The notes: generated by a model not told the origin, from the sequence alone. Shown: positions 29,905 to 40,299, counted from the first letter of the stretch. The stretch is 64,000 bases of DNA from an uncultured Spirochaetota bacterium (GCA_963734545.1 CAVTHO010000004.1:672001-736000); one strand, 5' to 3'. Numbers and translations: made by a program.

Positions 29905-30890
29905 GAAAGACGGTCATCATCCTGGTCATTATCGGCGTCGCGCTGATCATCATCTCACTCCTGGGACCCTACTACATCCTCCAGGAAGGAGAGCAGGCGG
30001 TTGTCGTTCAGTTCGGAAAGATCGTGCGCGCGGAAACGCACGCAGGTCTGAAATACAAGGTCCCCTTCGTGGAGAACGTGGTCAAGTACACCAAGAAAGT
30101 CCAGTCCTGGGACGGGGACGCGCAGCGCATCCCCACGTCGGAGAACCAGTTCATCTGGGTGGACACCACGGCACGCTGGCGCATCTCGGACCCCAAGAAG
30201 TTCTACGAATCAGTGGGCTCCATCACCCAGGCGCATGGCAGGATGGACGACGTGATCGACTCCGAGGTTCGAAAGATCATCTCAAAGAACCCCCTGCGCG
30301 AGGCGGTGCGGGATTCGAACGTCATCAGCGAGATCAAACGTTCCAATGTCCTGGCGAGCGTGGCAGGGTCCGCGGAAAGCACGCAGGCTTTGAGCAATAT
30401 CTCCACGCTGGCGGAAATCAAGTACGAAAACATCGTCACGGGGCGCCGTGCTCTTTCCATCGAGATGAGAGAAAACGCCCGGACCATCATGCCGCAGTAC
30501 GGCATGGAGCTCATCGACGTGATCATCCGCCAGATCAAGTACTCGGATGACCTTACCCCGAGCGTGTACGACCGGATGATCAAGGAGCGCAACCAGATTG
30601 CGCAGGCTTTCCGGTCGGACGGAGAGGGAGAGAAGGCCAAGTGGTTCGGCCAGACAACACGAGAGCTGAAGCAGATCCAGTCGGACGCGGAGCGCAAGGC
30701 CAAGGAGATAAAGGCAAAGGCGGACGCTGAGGCGCTTGCCATCCGCAACAGGGCGTACAGCCAGGACCCTGATTTTGCCGACTACTGGATGGCGCTGGAG
30801 GAGTACAAGACGATCCTCCCGAAGTTCAACAAGACTTTTACAACGGATGGGGATTTCTACAAGTATCTGTACAACAAGAGGGGCAGATAG
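29901..30890 (+). CDS. hflC: FtsH protease modulator HflC
   Basis: N-terminal TM, EGEQAVV.QFG, WRISDP..F, VYDRM..ER...A..FRS.G and AY..DP.F. Confidence 0.93.
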   Translation: MRKTVIILVIIGVALIIISLLGPYYILQEGEQAVVVQFGKIVRAETHAGLKYKVPFVENVVKYTKKVQSWDGDAQRIPTSENQFIWVDTTARWRISDPKKFYESVGSITQAHGRMDDVIDSEVRKIISKNPLREAVRDSNVISEIKRSNVLASVAGSAESTQALSNISTLAEIKYENIVTGRRALSIEMRENARTIMPQYGMELIDVIIRQIKYSDDLTPSVYDRMIKERNQIAQAFRSDGEGEKAKWFGQTTRELKQIQSDAERKAKEIKAKADAEALAIRNRAYSQDPDFADYWMALEEYKTILPKFNKTFTTDGDFYKYLYNKRGR

Positions 30891-30921
30891 CACCCCGCGC
30901 GCGGACAGCGTGCGGCTCGGA

Positions 30922-32643
30922 TCAGGCGCCCGGGGATTCCTCGGGCGCCTGTTTTTTGCCCTCCACTGCCGCGCGCCTTGTTGTCGCTGTCAGGGCGATC
31001 CTGTCGAGCCCCGCGCGGAACCCCTCGAACGCCGGGTCTCCGGCGGCAAACGCGCGCAGGCTCTCGAGCACTTCCGAGAATAGAGCGGCGTATTTCCGAT
31101 GGGCAAGCTTGTTGACCAGCCGCAGGGTCTCCTTCATCAGCTTGTCCCTCTCTCGCGCGTCCCTTTCTTTCCTGGCTATCCCCACGATCACGTCGATCTC
31201 TTCTCTCACGTCGCGCACCAGGCAGCCGCGCAGGTCAGCGGCAAACTGTTCGGCACCCTTCGGTGATCCGAACCGCGGGGGCTCGGCATCCGCGGTGAAC
31301 CTCCATTGGTGGCGCATCGTGAGCCGAACGGCCGTCCCGGGACAGGGCTCGACGACGATCGCATCCTGCTCGGTGCGGAAGGCCCTGCGCACACGCGCCG
31401 GGTCGAAGGCCTGGCCCATGAGCCTGGCGATCCGCACGTCGAGCAGCAGCTCGCTGACCAGCCTCGTCCCCTGCGGCCGCCGTGCGCGGGCAATCCCGGT
31501 TCGGTCCACAACGAGGGCCAGCTCCTGGTTGCGGGTCGTACGGCCAAGGCTCTGCTTTCCGCCGGGATACTTCACGTAGCCGGTCGCGCTTATGGACAGG
31601 CTGCCCGTCCCGGCAAGAAGCTCACACAACTCCTCCAAGCCGATCAACCCCTCGTCGCTGTAGCTCACTACCAGCCAGCGGCAGTCCGCTGCCTGCACGA
31701 CTTCCTTCATGGCGTCAAATGCCGTGGAGGGATAGCAGAACGCTGAGCGCGTCCTGGTCCAGTCCGCGCGGATACCGGCCTTGCTCCGAAGCCGTCCGTC
31801 GGGACCGCGCGCCTCGCTCACCGGCGGCTTGTCCCAGAGTGCAATGGAGTTGAGCATGAAGTAGTTGCTGCCGTACTGGTGGACCGCATAGGGAGGATCC
31901 AGGTAGCAGATGTCGGCGCGGCAACCGGAAAGGAACTCCCGCGCGTCCATGCAGGCCACCGTGGAACGCGCCGGCGCGTCGATCAGCACAGGCGGCCGGA
32001 GAACAATTTCCGCCATGATGCGCTTGAGCGCGTCCCGGCTGTGCCCGCCAAAGCCCCTGTGGCAGGCCTTGAAGACACCGGATGTGTTTGTGTGCGTGGC
32101 GGCCTCATACAGGAGGGGAGCCAGAAGCATCATCTTCTGCCGGAAGGCAGGTTCCTCCGCCAGCGTGCCGGGGTACATCTCCTCGATCCGTTCGCGCACC
32201 GCGTCGATCACCCGCGCGTTCTCCCGGGTATAGAAAAGCCTTTCCGTCCGCCAGTCCGCCTCTTCCGTGCTGCGCGGCGCGTAGTGCCTGCTGATATAGG
32301 CCTTCTCCTCCCGGGGCGGGGGCAGGCTGTTCAGCTCCGCCAGGACCGGCCCGAGGCCGCCCTTCTCCCTGAACAGGACGTCCGTATCCGCCTGTGCGTT
32401 TCCGAGGTGGCAGGAGTTGATCACGTATGAATAGTGCTCCAGGTCGTTCGCGGCAACCGCGAAGCCCATCAGGCGCGCCAACCGGGAGACGGCACCGCTT
32501 CCCGCGAACGGGTCGAGGAATGTCGCGCGCGAGGGCTCCGGCACGAGCTTCGAGAAGACTCCGTGCAGGAAAGGCAGGAGCGCCCGCTTGTTTCCTATGT
32601 AGGCAATGAGCTGCTCGGTGAGGAATGGATGACGGAGATCCAT
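30922..32643 (-). CDS. Adenine-specific DNA methyltransferase (alpha class, D12-like) with C-terminal extension
   Basis: YIGNKR, motif I DPFAGSG, motif IV YLDPPY and SYS.EG. About 190 extra C-terminal residues. Confidence 0.88.
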   Translation of the reverse strand: MDLRHPFLTEQLIAYIGNKRALLPFLHGVFSKLVPEPSRATFLDPFAGSGAVSRLARLMGFAVAANDLEHYSYVINSCHLGNAQADTDVLFREKGGLGPVLAELNSLPPPREEKAYISRHYAPRSTEEADWRTERLFYTRENARVIDAVRERIEEMYPGTLAEEPAFRQKMMLLAPLLYEAATHTNTSGVFKACHRGFGGHSRDALKRIMAEIVLRPPVLIDAPARSTVACMDAREFLSGCRADICYLDPPYAVHQYGSNYFMLNSIALWDKPPVSEARGPDGRLRSKAGIRADWTRTRSAFCYPSTAFDAMKEVVQAADCRWLVVSYSDEGLIGLEELCELLAGTGSLSISATGYVKYPGGKQSLGRTTRNQELALVVDRTGIARARRPQGTRLVSELLLDVRIARLMGQAFDPARVRRAFRTEQDAIVVEPCPGTAVRLTMRHQWRFTADAEPPRFGSPKGAEQFAADLRGCLVRDVREEIDVIVGIARKERDARERDKLMKETLRLVNKLAHRKYAALFSEVLESLRAFAAGDPAFEGFRAGLDRIALTATTRRAAVEGKKQAPEESPGA

Positions 32644-32650
32644 CCGTGTC

Positions 32651-33016
32651 TCAGTCAGGGGTGAAGGTGGCCCTGTTCCTGTCCGTCTCGAAGACCTCGA
32701 CGAGGCTGAAGTTCACCTGCGGCATATCCGCGTGCATCTTTTCCCAGACAAAGCGCGCGATGCGCTCCGCGCTGGGACACCCGTCGCTGAATGCCGGGTG
32801 ATCGTTGAGACTGCTGTGGTCCAGCTCCCCCGTGATCTTCCGAAGGGATGTCTTGAGAAGCCCGAAGTCGACCAGCATTCCCCCGTCGTCGAGCTCTGTT
32901 CCGGAGACGGTCACGAGCACCTTGTAGTTGTGGCCGTGCAGCCTCTCGCATTTGCCGTGGTACCGGGTGAGAAAATGTGCGGCCGCAAAGCCGCCTTCGA
33001 CGCGAACGGTGTACAT
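32651..33016 (-). CDS. queD: 6-carboxytetrahydropterin synthase
   Basis: FAAAH.L, C..LHGHNY, GM.VDF, LDH..LN, SAE.IA and V.ET. Confidence 0.92.
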   Translation of the reverse strand: MYTVRVEGGFAAAHFLTRYHGKCERLHGHNYKVLVTVSGTELDDGGMLVDFGLLKTSLRKITGELDHSSLNDHPAFSDGCPSAERIARFVWEKMHADMPQVNFSLVEVFETDRNRATFTPD

Positions 33017-33144
33017 GTCAGTCGGTCTCCAGTCGAGAGCATATTCATTTCGACCCCCCGAGGCAAATGCGTGCGTCCTGCATTCGCAATTCCCGGGATT
33101 CGACGGTCTTGCACAGGGCGCAGCCGTCCGGATAGCATCCATCG

Positions 33145-34669
33145 ATGAGCTCGAGGTCGTTGCGGGAATTGTGCGCGGCGCTCACCGTGCGGGAGACCCG
33201 GGGAGACATGGGCCGGACGGTGTGCGGCATCGCCTACGATTCCCGGGAGGTGAAGCCCGGCTTTCTCTTCGTGGCGATGGACGGCCTGCACACGGACGGC
33301 CACAGCTTCATCCCTGATGCGCTGGCGAGGGGCGCGGCCGCCCTGGTACACGCCCAGCCGCTCCTCGAAACGCCCGCGGGCGTCACCTGCATCCGGCTGG
33401 ACAACCCGCGCGCGGCGCTCTCTCCCCTGGCCGCCGCCTTCTACGGTCACCCCTCCCGGTCCATCCGCGTAGTCGGCGTCACCGGCACCGACGGCAAGAG
33501 CTCCACCGTATGGTTCATCACCCAGCTTCTCGGGTTCCTCGGCAGAAGAGTCGGATTTCTCTCCACCGTCTCCTTCCAGACCTCCGAAACGATCGTGAAG
33601 AATCCCTTCCGTCAATCCACGCCGGAGGCAACCGAGATCCATGGGATGCTGAGAGAAATGGTGGACCTCGGCAAGGAGTTCGCCGTTGTGGAGACCACCT
33701 CGCACGGGCTGTCACGGCGGATGAACCGGCTGGCGGATGTGCGGTTCGACGCGGGCGTGCTGACCAACGTCACGCACGAGCACCTGGAGTTTCATGGCTC
33801 GTTCGAGCAGTACCGGTCGGACAAGGCGAACCTCTTTCGCGCCCTCACTTCCGCGCCGGACAAAACCGTGGAATGCCCGCGTTTCGGCGTGGTGAACGCG
33901 GACGATCCCAGCGCGCCGTACTTCCGCCAGGCAGCCCAGGTTCCCGTTTTTTCCTATGGCCTCAGGGAGCCCGCTGACCTCGGGGCGCGCGCAATACGGG
34001 CGGATCTGTCCGGCACGACTTTCCTCATGACAGGCGAGGGGGGGGAAGCTGAGACGCGCGTGGCAATTCCCGGGACCCTTCTGGGTGGAAAACTCCCTGG
34101 CCGCGTGCCTGACGGTCGCGCGGCTGCTGGAAATCGACCCCCTCGCCCTGGCCCCTCACCTTCAGGAACTGCGGGGCGTGCAGGGGCGCATGGACTACGT
34201 CGTGCTCGGCCAGCAGTTTGCCGTCATTGTCGATTATGCGCATACCCCCGGAGCGTTCGAGAAGCTCCTCCCCTGGGTGCGCGCCCACACCACGGGAAAG
34301 ACAATCGTCGTGTTCGGCTCGGCAGGAGAGCGCGACAGCGCGAAGCGCCCCCTGCAGGGCAGGGTCGCCTCCGAGAATTGCGACACGCTCGTGATCACGG
34401 ACGAGGATCCGCGGGGCGAGGACAGCATGACCATCATCGAGCAGATCGCCGCCGGCTGCGTCGGCAAGACCCGGGGCAGGGATCTTTTCCTTGTTCCGGA
34501 CAGGCGGGAGGCGATCCTGCTGGCCCTGAGGCGCGCAGCGCCGGGGGACACGGTGATGCTGCTGGGCAAGGGTCACGAAGGGAGCATCATCGGCCCGGAG
34601 GGCGCCGCTGCCTGGGACGAGAGATCGGAGGCGGAGGCCGGCCTGCGGATCCTGGGGTACGGCCGCTGA
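33145..34669 (+). CDS. murE: UDP-MurNAc-tripeptide ligase (frameshift near 34083)
   Basis: YDSR, GVTGTDGKSS, STPE, E.TSH, TNVT.EHLEFH, then in the next frame GRM, VDYAHTP, FGSAGERD..KR, DEDPR and GKGHE. Confidence 0.93.
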
Positions 34670-37448
34670 TGCCGGTCCTTCTTGCGCTGATCCTGATTCT
34701 CTGTCCCCGGCCCGCCGGAAGCGAAACACTTCACGTCGGCCTCACGATGGCCGCCGAGCTCAGGGGCTCTGCCCCGGAGATCGGCGCTCTCCAGTCAGGG
34801 GTAGGGGCTCTTTTCGCGAGGGAGTATGGAAGGTTCGCCGACATTTCGTTCGACGCGGCGCCGGGTGCCGGCGCGGCGGGAACCCCGGGGGCGGCGCCGG
34901 GTGCCGGCGCGGCGGGGGCCTCCGGGGCGGCACCGCCTGCCCCGGCGGCGGGCTCCACGGCGCGTGTCATCCTGTCACGGCAGGCCGGCCGCATCGACGT
35001 CTCAACCGATCTTGCGCGAGGAGGCGTGACGCGCTCGTTGTCTTCCTCGGTCCCTGCGGGCGCACTTGCGAGCCTCGTTTCCACGATCACGGGAGACGTC
35101 GCATTCCTCTTCTTCTCCGCGCAGGATTTCTCGGCCTTTCCTCTCGCTGCTCCCCCTTCTCTGCGCGCGACATTGCAGACAGAAACGCTCCGTATCCTCA
35201 CGGGATGGGACTCGACGGACCTGGAGCCCATCGCGCTTGCCGAATCGGAAGGGCAGGTCACCATATGCTTCCCGCACCGCTATCTCACGCTTGACCCGCT
35301 GTTCCGGATCACCGCTGACACCATCCGGGATCTCAATGCCCAAACGGGCAGCGCAGGGGAACCGCTCCAGCTCTCGGGGATTGCCGCGGGACGCCGTGAC
35401 GAGCTTCTCCTCCTTTCAGAACGGGAAGGCGTGATCGCGCGCATCAATCCTTTGCTGGGAACCCGACAGCAGGTATCTGCGCCGGGGCTCTCCGGAGTCG
35501 GCGGCCGGATGCTCGACCCGGATACCCTCGCGGAGCTCTCGAACGCCGGCGGCGCGACGCACGTCGTGCTCCATGGGGCATCACCTTCCGGCCGGCGGAC
35601 GCTGTCGGTGCCTGCTTCCTACGCCTCGGCCCTTTCCGTGGATCCGGAAGGCAACCTCTGGGTGTGGGATGCCGGAGAGCGCCGCGTCCGCGTCATGACG
35701 GCGGGCGGCCGTGAAGTCTTTTCGATCAGGCCGATGATCAGTGCCTCGCTGATGCAGCTCCCCCAGCAGCTCGAGGTTTTCGAGGACGGCAGCTTCCTCC
35801 TGGGCGGCTCGGCAGAGGTCTGGAAGTTCGACAACGCGGGGATTCCGGCATGGCGGCTGTCCCGTATTCCCGGCCGGCCGGGCGAAAAGCTCCCTCCCTC
35901 ATTCGCGCTCGTCGCGCACGGCGCGGACGGGTCCTTCACGCTCCTTGACGCGCCATCGCGCAGGCTGATGACATTCGGACCCGTCACCGGGCGGGATGAT
36001 GAGCTTACCTCCCTGCTTGCGCGACTGGACGGACGCAGGCGGCAGGATCTGCAAAACGCCGGCGAGCTGGCCCGCCGGGCCGGCCTTTCACTGATGGCAT
36101 GGCAGTTTGGCGATCTGCTGGCGCGCAGAGGGGGATCAGAGAACGACAGGGAGGCGGCGCGAAGAGAAGTCCTCAGGGAAAAGTGCGTCTTGTACGCCGC
36201 GCTTGCCGACTCGATGGCGCGCGCCCAGCTCATTCAGCGCGCAGACGGGGCGTACCTGCGTGCCGCGGAGGCGGCGAGAGAGCTCACGGCCGCGGCACCG
36301 GATGACGACGCTGCGGCGCGGCTGGGAGAAGCCATGGTCTCGAAGAGGCAGGCAGCGCGCGCCGGTCTCACCCGGGCGTCCGATGTGCGCATCGTTTCCG
36401 CCGCGGCAGGCGTGGCGCACGAGGGAGGGTGCGCCCTTTCCCTCACCGTCATGCTGCGGGTGAGGAACAATGCGGCGTCGAACCTGACGAGGCTCCGCGT
36501 GCACCTCGGTCTCCCGTCCATCACGGAGACGCAGGCGCTCGCTGCCGTCGATACGCTGTTCCCCGGGGACGAACGCGACATGGAGTTCCCGCTTCGACTC
36601 GACGGTCCCCTGCCGCCGGCCGCTCTCGAGCCCGGGGGCATTCCCGCGGTATTGCTCATTACCTACGAGCGCGGCGAGGAAGGTTTTTCAGTGCCGGATG
36701 CACTCACCGTTCGCGTGATGGATGTCGCAGCCGGAGAGCCTCTCGCCAATTCCCTTGCGTGCCGCGCCGAGACGGGGGATCAGCTCGTGGCAGGGCTCGC
36801 GGATGATCTTCTGGCCGCCGCCGGCCCGGTGCGCGGCGCAGCGGACCCGGTGGCCTCGTTGGCCGGGATACTCGATTCTCTGGGCGGGCTGCGGCGCCAG
36901 GCCGCGTCCGGTCGAGCCGGCGTGGATCAAGCGGCCCAACCGGACCCCGGGCGCGCGGAAGGCGGCGTCCGCCGGGCCCTGCGCGCGCTCTCACCGGATG
37001 AGACCGACTGGACCCTGCTGTCCCTGTCCGTGATCGCCGGCCTGGGGCTGCCTGCCGGGCTCATCTCCTGGCCGGATCGCGTGTGTGCCCTGGTGGATAC
37101 CGGTATCCCCCTGTCCGGCGTCATTTCGTCCGTCCCGGGCATCGAACGATACTCCGGCGTTCTGCGCGCGCTCTCGCGCGAAGAGCGGCTCTGCGTCCCG
37201 CTCAGCGGCCGGCTTTCCCCCGACGCCTCTTCCGCGGCCGCGTGGTCGGTCGTGGATGCGCTCGAGATCTGCCGGGACAAGGCTGTCCGCAACGCCTCCA
37301 TCGCCTGGCTGGACACCGCGGTGACGCGGCAAGGGCCCGCGCTCCCGTGCCGGTCCCCTTTCCCTTTGTTCCTCCCTGCCTGCCGGTGCGGCCATCCGGC
37401 GAGGCTTTGCGCGCAGAGATCGTCAAGGCCCTGGAGCAACAGAAATGA
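34669..37448 (+). CDS. Large exported hypothetical protein: propeller-like region, Ig-like domain, degenerate transglutaminase-like domain (frameshift near 37350)
   Basis: Signal peptide MPVLLALILILCP, NHL-like ALSVDPEGNLWVWD...RVRV, and Ig-like LRVRNN...L.PGDER. Overlaps the murE stop and the ddl start. Domain calls are by eye. Confidence 0.7.
34855..34926 (+). repeat. 36-nt tandem duplication encoding an Ala/Pro/Gly linker
   Basis: AAPGAGAAGTPG / AAPGAGAAGASG. Confidence 0.8.
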
Positions 37449-38518
37449 ACATCTGCATACTGTATGGGGGCAGGTCCGGCGAGCACGAGATTTCCCTCAG
37501 GTCCGCCGGTTCCGTGGTGAAGAACCTCGATCCTTCCCGATACGCCGTTGTCGCCATCGGCATCGACAAGGCAGGGCGCTGGCACCTGCAGGAGGAGCTC
37601 CCTCTCCGGGAAGTGCCCGGACAAGGCGCCATCCTGTCGATCGTCTCCGGGTCGACGCCGGTCTCCATCGTGCCTTCGGACGGCATTCACACTCCCTCGG
37701 GAAAGCTGGCCATCGATTGCGTCTTCCCCGTGCTCCACGGCTCCTTCGGTGAGGATGGCACGGTGCAGGGGCTTCTGGAGATCGCGGGCATCCCGTATGT
37801 GGGGGCCGGCGTGCCGGGGAGCGCGATTTCGATGGACAAGGAAACCGCAAAGCGCCTCTGGAGGGACGCGGGTCTGCCCATCGTGGATTTCCAGGCCGTG
37901 GACCGTTCGAGCTCCGCAAAAGACCTGCGGGAGGCGGCGGCGCGCATCGGCTGGCCGGTTTTCGTAAAGCCCTGTTCGGCGGGCTCCTCGCTGGGCGCCT
38001 CACGGGTGAATGACGCGCGCGAGCTGGATGCGGCGGTCGCGCAGGCGCTGCGCTACGACACGAGAGCGCTCCTGGAACGCTGCGTCGACGCCCGGGAGAT
38101 CGAGTGCGCCGTCATCGGCAATTCCCGTCCCCGGGCGTTTCCTCCCGGAGAAATCGTTCCGTCCCGCGCGCACGGTTTCTATGACTATGATGCGAAGTAC
38201 ACCGACAAGGACGGCGCGTCACTGGAGGCAGCGGCGCAGGTGGATGAGGCGGCCCGGAGGCGCATCATGCGCGCCGCGGAGTCAGCCTACGCGGCGGTGC
38301 GATGCGAAGGCATGGCACGGGTGGATTTCTTCCTGGAGCGCCGCAGCGGCGAGCTCTTCGTGAACGAGATCAACACGATCCCCGGCTTCACGAGCATCAG
38401 CATGTTCCCGCGCATGTGCGAGGCGTCCGGTCTCCCCTATGCCGAGCTCCTCGACACTCTGATCGAGCTGGCCCTGGCGCGCGACACCGAGAAGAAAACG
38501 GTGCGCTACGAGAAGTAG
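37445..38518 (+). CDS. ddl: D-alanine--D-alanine ligase
   Basis: GGRSGEHEISL, FPVLHG..GEDG, MDK, FVKP...GSS.G, FYDYDAKY and NEINTIPGFT. Confidence 0.97.
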   Translation: MNICILYGGRSGEHEISLRSAGSVVKNLDPSRYAVVAIGIDKAGRWHLQEELPLREVPGQGAILSIVSGSTPVSIVPSDGIHTPSGKLAIDCVFPVLHGSFGEDGTVQGLLEIAGIPYVGAGVPGSAISMDKETAKRLWRDAGLPIVDFQAVDRSSSAKDLREAAARIGWPVFVKPCSAGSSLGASRVNDARELDAAVAQALRYDTRALLERCVDAREIECAVIGNSRPRAFPPGEIVPSRAHGFYDYDAKYTDKDGASLEAAAQVDEAARRRIMRAAESAYAAVRCEGMARVDFFLERRSGELFVNEINTIPGFTSISMFPRMCEASGLPYAELLDTLIELALARDTEKKTVRYEK

Positions 38519-38606
38519 GCGGCACGGGCTCCCAGGCGCAAACGGCTTGACCGGTCAGGGCTTTTATGACAATACGGTGAGGAGACATTCAATAAGGAGA
38601 CCGCAC

Positions 38607-38867
38607 ATGGGGTGGAACACCGCTTTTCTGGTTCTGGGCATTATCGCGGGAATTCTCGGTATCTGGAATCTGGCCCGGCAGCGCAACATCTTTCTCTCCC
38701 TGACGGGCATCCTGTGGTTCCTGGTCGTCCTGTTCAAGCTTCCCCAGCTGCAGAGCATCTACGACTACAAGCTGGTTTCGGGCATTCCCGGAGTCGGTGA
38801 CCTGGTTCTGTTTCTGCTCATCCCGATATTCATCATCTTCGCATTCTTCACGAGCTACAGGCGGTAG
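38607..38867 (+). CDS. Small membrane protein (three TM segments), unknown function
   Basis: TAAGGAG SD before ATG, hydrophobic segments, and an upstream TTGACC box. Confidence 0.75.
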   Translation: MGWNTAFLVLGIIAGILGIWNLARQRNIFLSLTGILWFLVVLFKLPQLQSIYDYKLVSGIPGVGDLVLFLLIPIFIIFAFFTSYRR

Positions 38868-40029
38868 AAGCCGCACAAGGCTTTGACATTCTCTCCAGCG
38901 CCCAGCGCGCGGTCCGGCGGAGCATCGGTTCACTGCTTGCAGTGAACCGCTCCACGTCGGTCCGCAAACCGGGATCGCGGCTGTTGCCGGCCGCGATAAG
39001 GGCGTTTCGCATCAGCGCGTCTCCCGACACCCAGGACATCCCCATGGCCGTGCCTCGAAACCACTCTTTCAACCCGGAGGCCGGGTCCAGCGAGAGTATT
39101 TTTCGAATTGACACGCTCGGCCCCAGCTCCCCGGCAGCGAAGGGCGCCTCCTCGTTCAGGTTCCGATTGTGCGGGCAGGCTGCCTGGCACTCCTGGCAGC
39201 CGTAGAGCCGGGTCCCCCACAACTCCATGACATGCGGCTCGAGCGGCACGGCCGATCCGGCAAGACCCTGGAGACAGCGGCCAGGGGAGACGAGCCCCGG
39301 CTCTTCGATGGCCCCAACGGGGCACGCAGACATGCAACGGGTGCAGGAACCGCAGAGATCACCCCGCGGCTGGGCAGGCGCAGCCGAGGGGCGAAGCTCC
39401 ACGGAGGGCAGGGGGATGACCGCGCCTCCAATGACGAACATCGAGCCGAGGCCCGGTACGAGGGCGAGCCCGTTCCTGCCGTATGCGGCAAGGCCCGAGG
39501 CAACGAGGAGGGGCTTTTCCGGGATGCGCGAATTGGAAAAAAGGCGGATGGAGGCGCGGGGAATGCCGCGCTCCTCTTCGAGCCGGCGCGCGACCCCGCG
39601 CAGCATTCCCATGGCCATACGATAGTAATTTGCGCGGGCGAATGGCGCGATCAACGCATGTGGATCGCCCGGGCGGGAAAGATCGTCGGGCTCATGCCGC
39701 GCGCAGGAGAGGCAGCAGACGAGCACGGAAGATGTTTCCGACCAGCGCGCCACGGTACTCCGTGGATTTGGCGCCACGGTACTCCGTGGATTTGGCGCCA
39801 CGGTACGGGGTATTCCCCGAACGGGTATTCCCGTACTCCGTGGATTTGGCTCAGGTTCGAGAATCCACTCCCACTCCAGACCCTCGAACGCCCCCTGGTC
39901 CAGAAACCCGCGCGTGCGCAGCGCGCGCGCCCGGCGCGCCAGGGGAATGATAAGGCGGGGATCGACCCACCCCGCTCGATGAAAACCCGCCTCCCGCGCC
40001 AGGGCGAGGACGGAGTCGCCGGGGGACAT
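38848..40029 (-). CDS. queG: Epoxyqueuosine reductase-like 4Fe-4S protein with in-frame repeat insertion
   Basis: IAPFAR.NYY, IPEK, G..GRN, CGSCTRCMSACPVGA, LYGCQECQAACP and RNALIAAGN. Confidence 0.8.
   Translation of the reverse strand: MSPGDSVLALAREAGFHRAGWVDPRLIIPLARRARALRTRGFLDQGAFEGLEWEWILEPEPNPRSTGIPVRGIPRTVAPNPRSTVAPNPRSTVARWSETSSVLVCCLSCARHEPDDLSRPGDPHALIAPFARANYYRMAMGMLRGVARRLEEERGIPRASIRLFSNSRIPEKPLLVASGLAAYGRNGLALVPGLGSMFVIGGAVIPLPSVELRPSAAPAQPRGDLCGSCTRCMSACPVGAIEEPGLVSPGRCLQGLAGSAVPLEPHVMELWGTRLYGCQECQAACPHNRNLNEEAPFAAGELGPSVSIRKILSLDPASGLKEWFRGTAMGMSWVSGDALMRNALIAAGNSRDPGLRTDVERFTASSEPMLRRTARWALERMSKPCAASTACSS
39747..39849 (-). repeat. Three 24-nt AAAT-CCACGG-AGTA-CCGTGG-CGC units inside queG, one with a 30-nt nested insert
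   Basis: Encodes PNPRST[GIPVRGIPRT]VA-PNPRSTVA-PNPRSTVA. The insert is CGGG-AATA-CCCG TT CGGGG-AATA-CCCCG TA. Confidence 0.93.
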
Positions 40030-40038
40030 TGCCGTGCT

Positions 40039-40203
40039 TCAGTCGGAGGTCTTCTCGAAGTCTTCGCGGCTCGCCCCGCACACGGGGCACACCCAATCCT
40101 TCGGGACATTATCGAAGGGCGTTCCCGCAGGGACACCGTTCTCAGGGTCTCCCTTGGCCGGATCGTAGACATACCCGCACACCGTGCACACCCACTTCTG
40201 CAT
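40039..40203 (-). CDS. Rubredoxin (54 aa, missing from ORF track)
   Basis: Manual translation: [54 protein letters not shown]. Confidence 0.96.
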   Translation of the reverse strand: MQKWVCTVCGYVYDPAKGDPENGVPAGTPFDNVPKDWVCPVCGASREDFEKTSD

Positions 40204-40299
40204 ATGCGCTCCTCTCTGCTGTGTGTTCGGCGCATACTACCCAAAAGCGGCGCCGGAATCAACAACTCGTCTTTTCGAAAGGTCCTTTTTCACTTTCGA

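Noticed and set aside
28941-30890. 649-aa HflK-HflC fusion
   Set aside because: The middle of this ORF is out-of-frame hflK. hflK ends at 29904 and hflC starts at 29901.
30922-33016. Complete restriction-modification or Dpd defence system
   Set aside because: No nuclease, specificity subunit, dpdA/tgt-like, queC or queE gene is visible in the window.
33017-33110. preQ1 riboswitch upstream of queD
   Set aside because: No recognisable preQ1 stem-loop with an A-rich tail. The region looks like divergent promoters.
33145-37752. 1535-aa MurE mega-fusion in the ORF track
   Set aside because: An indel near 34083 bypasses the real MurE C-terminal domain (34085-34669), and another near 37350 runs it into ddl. 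These are separate genes.
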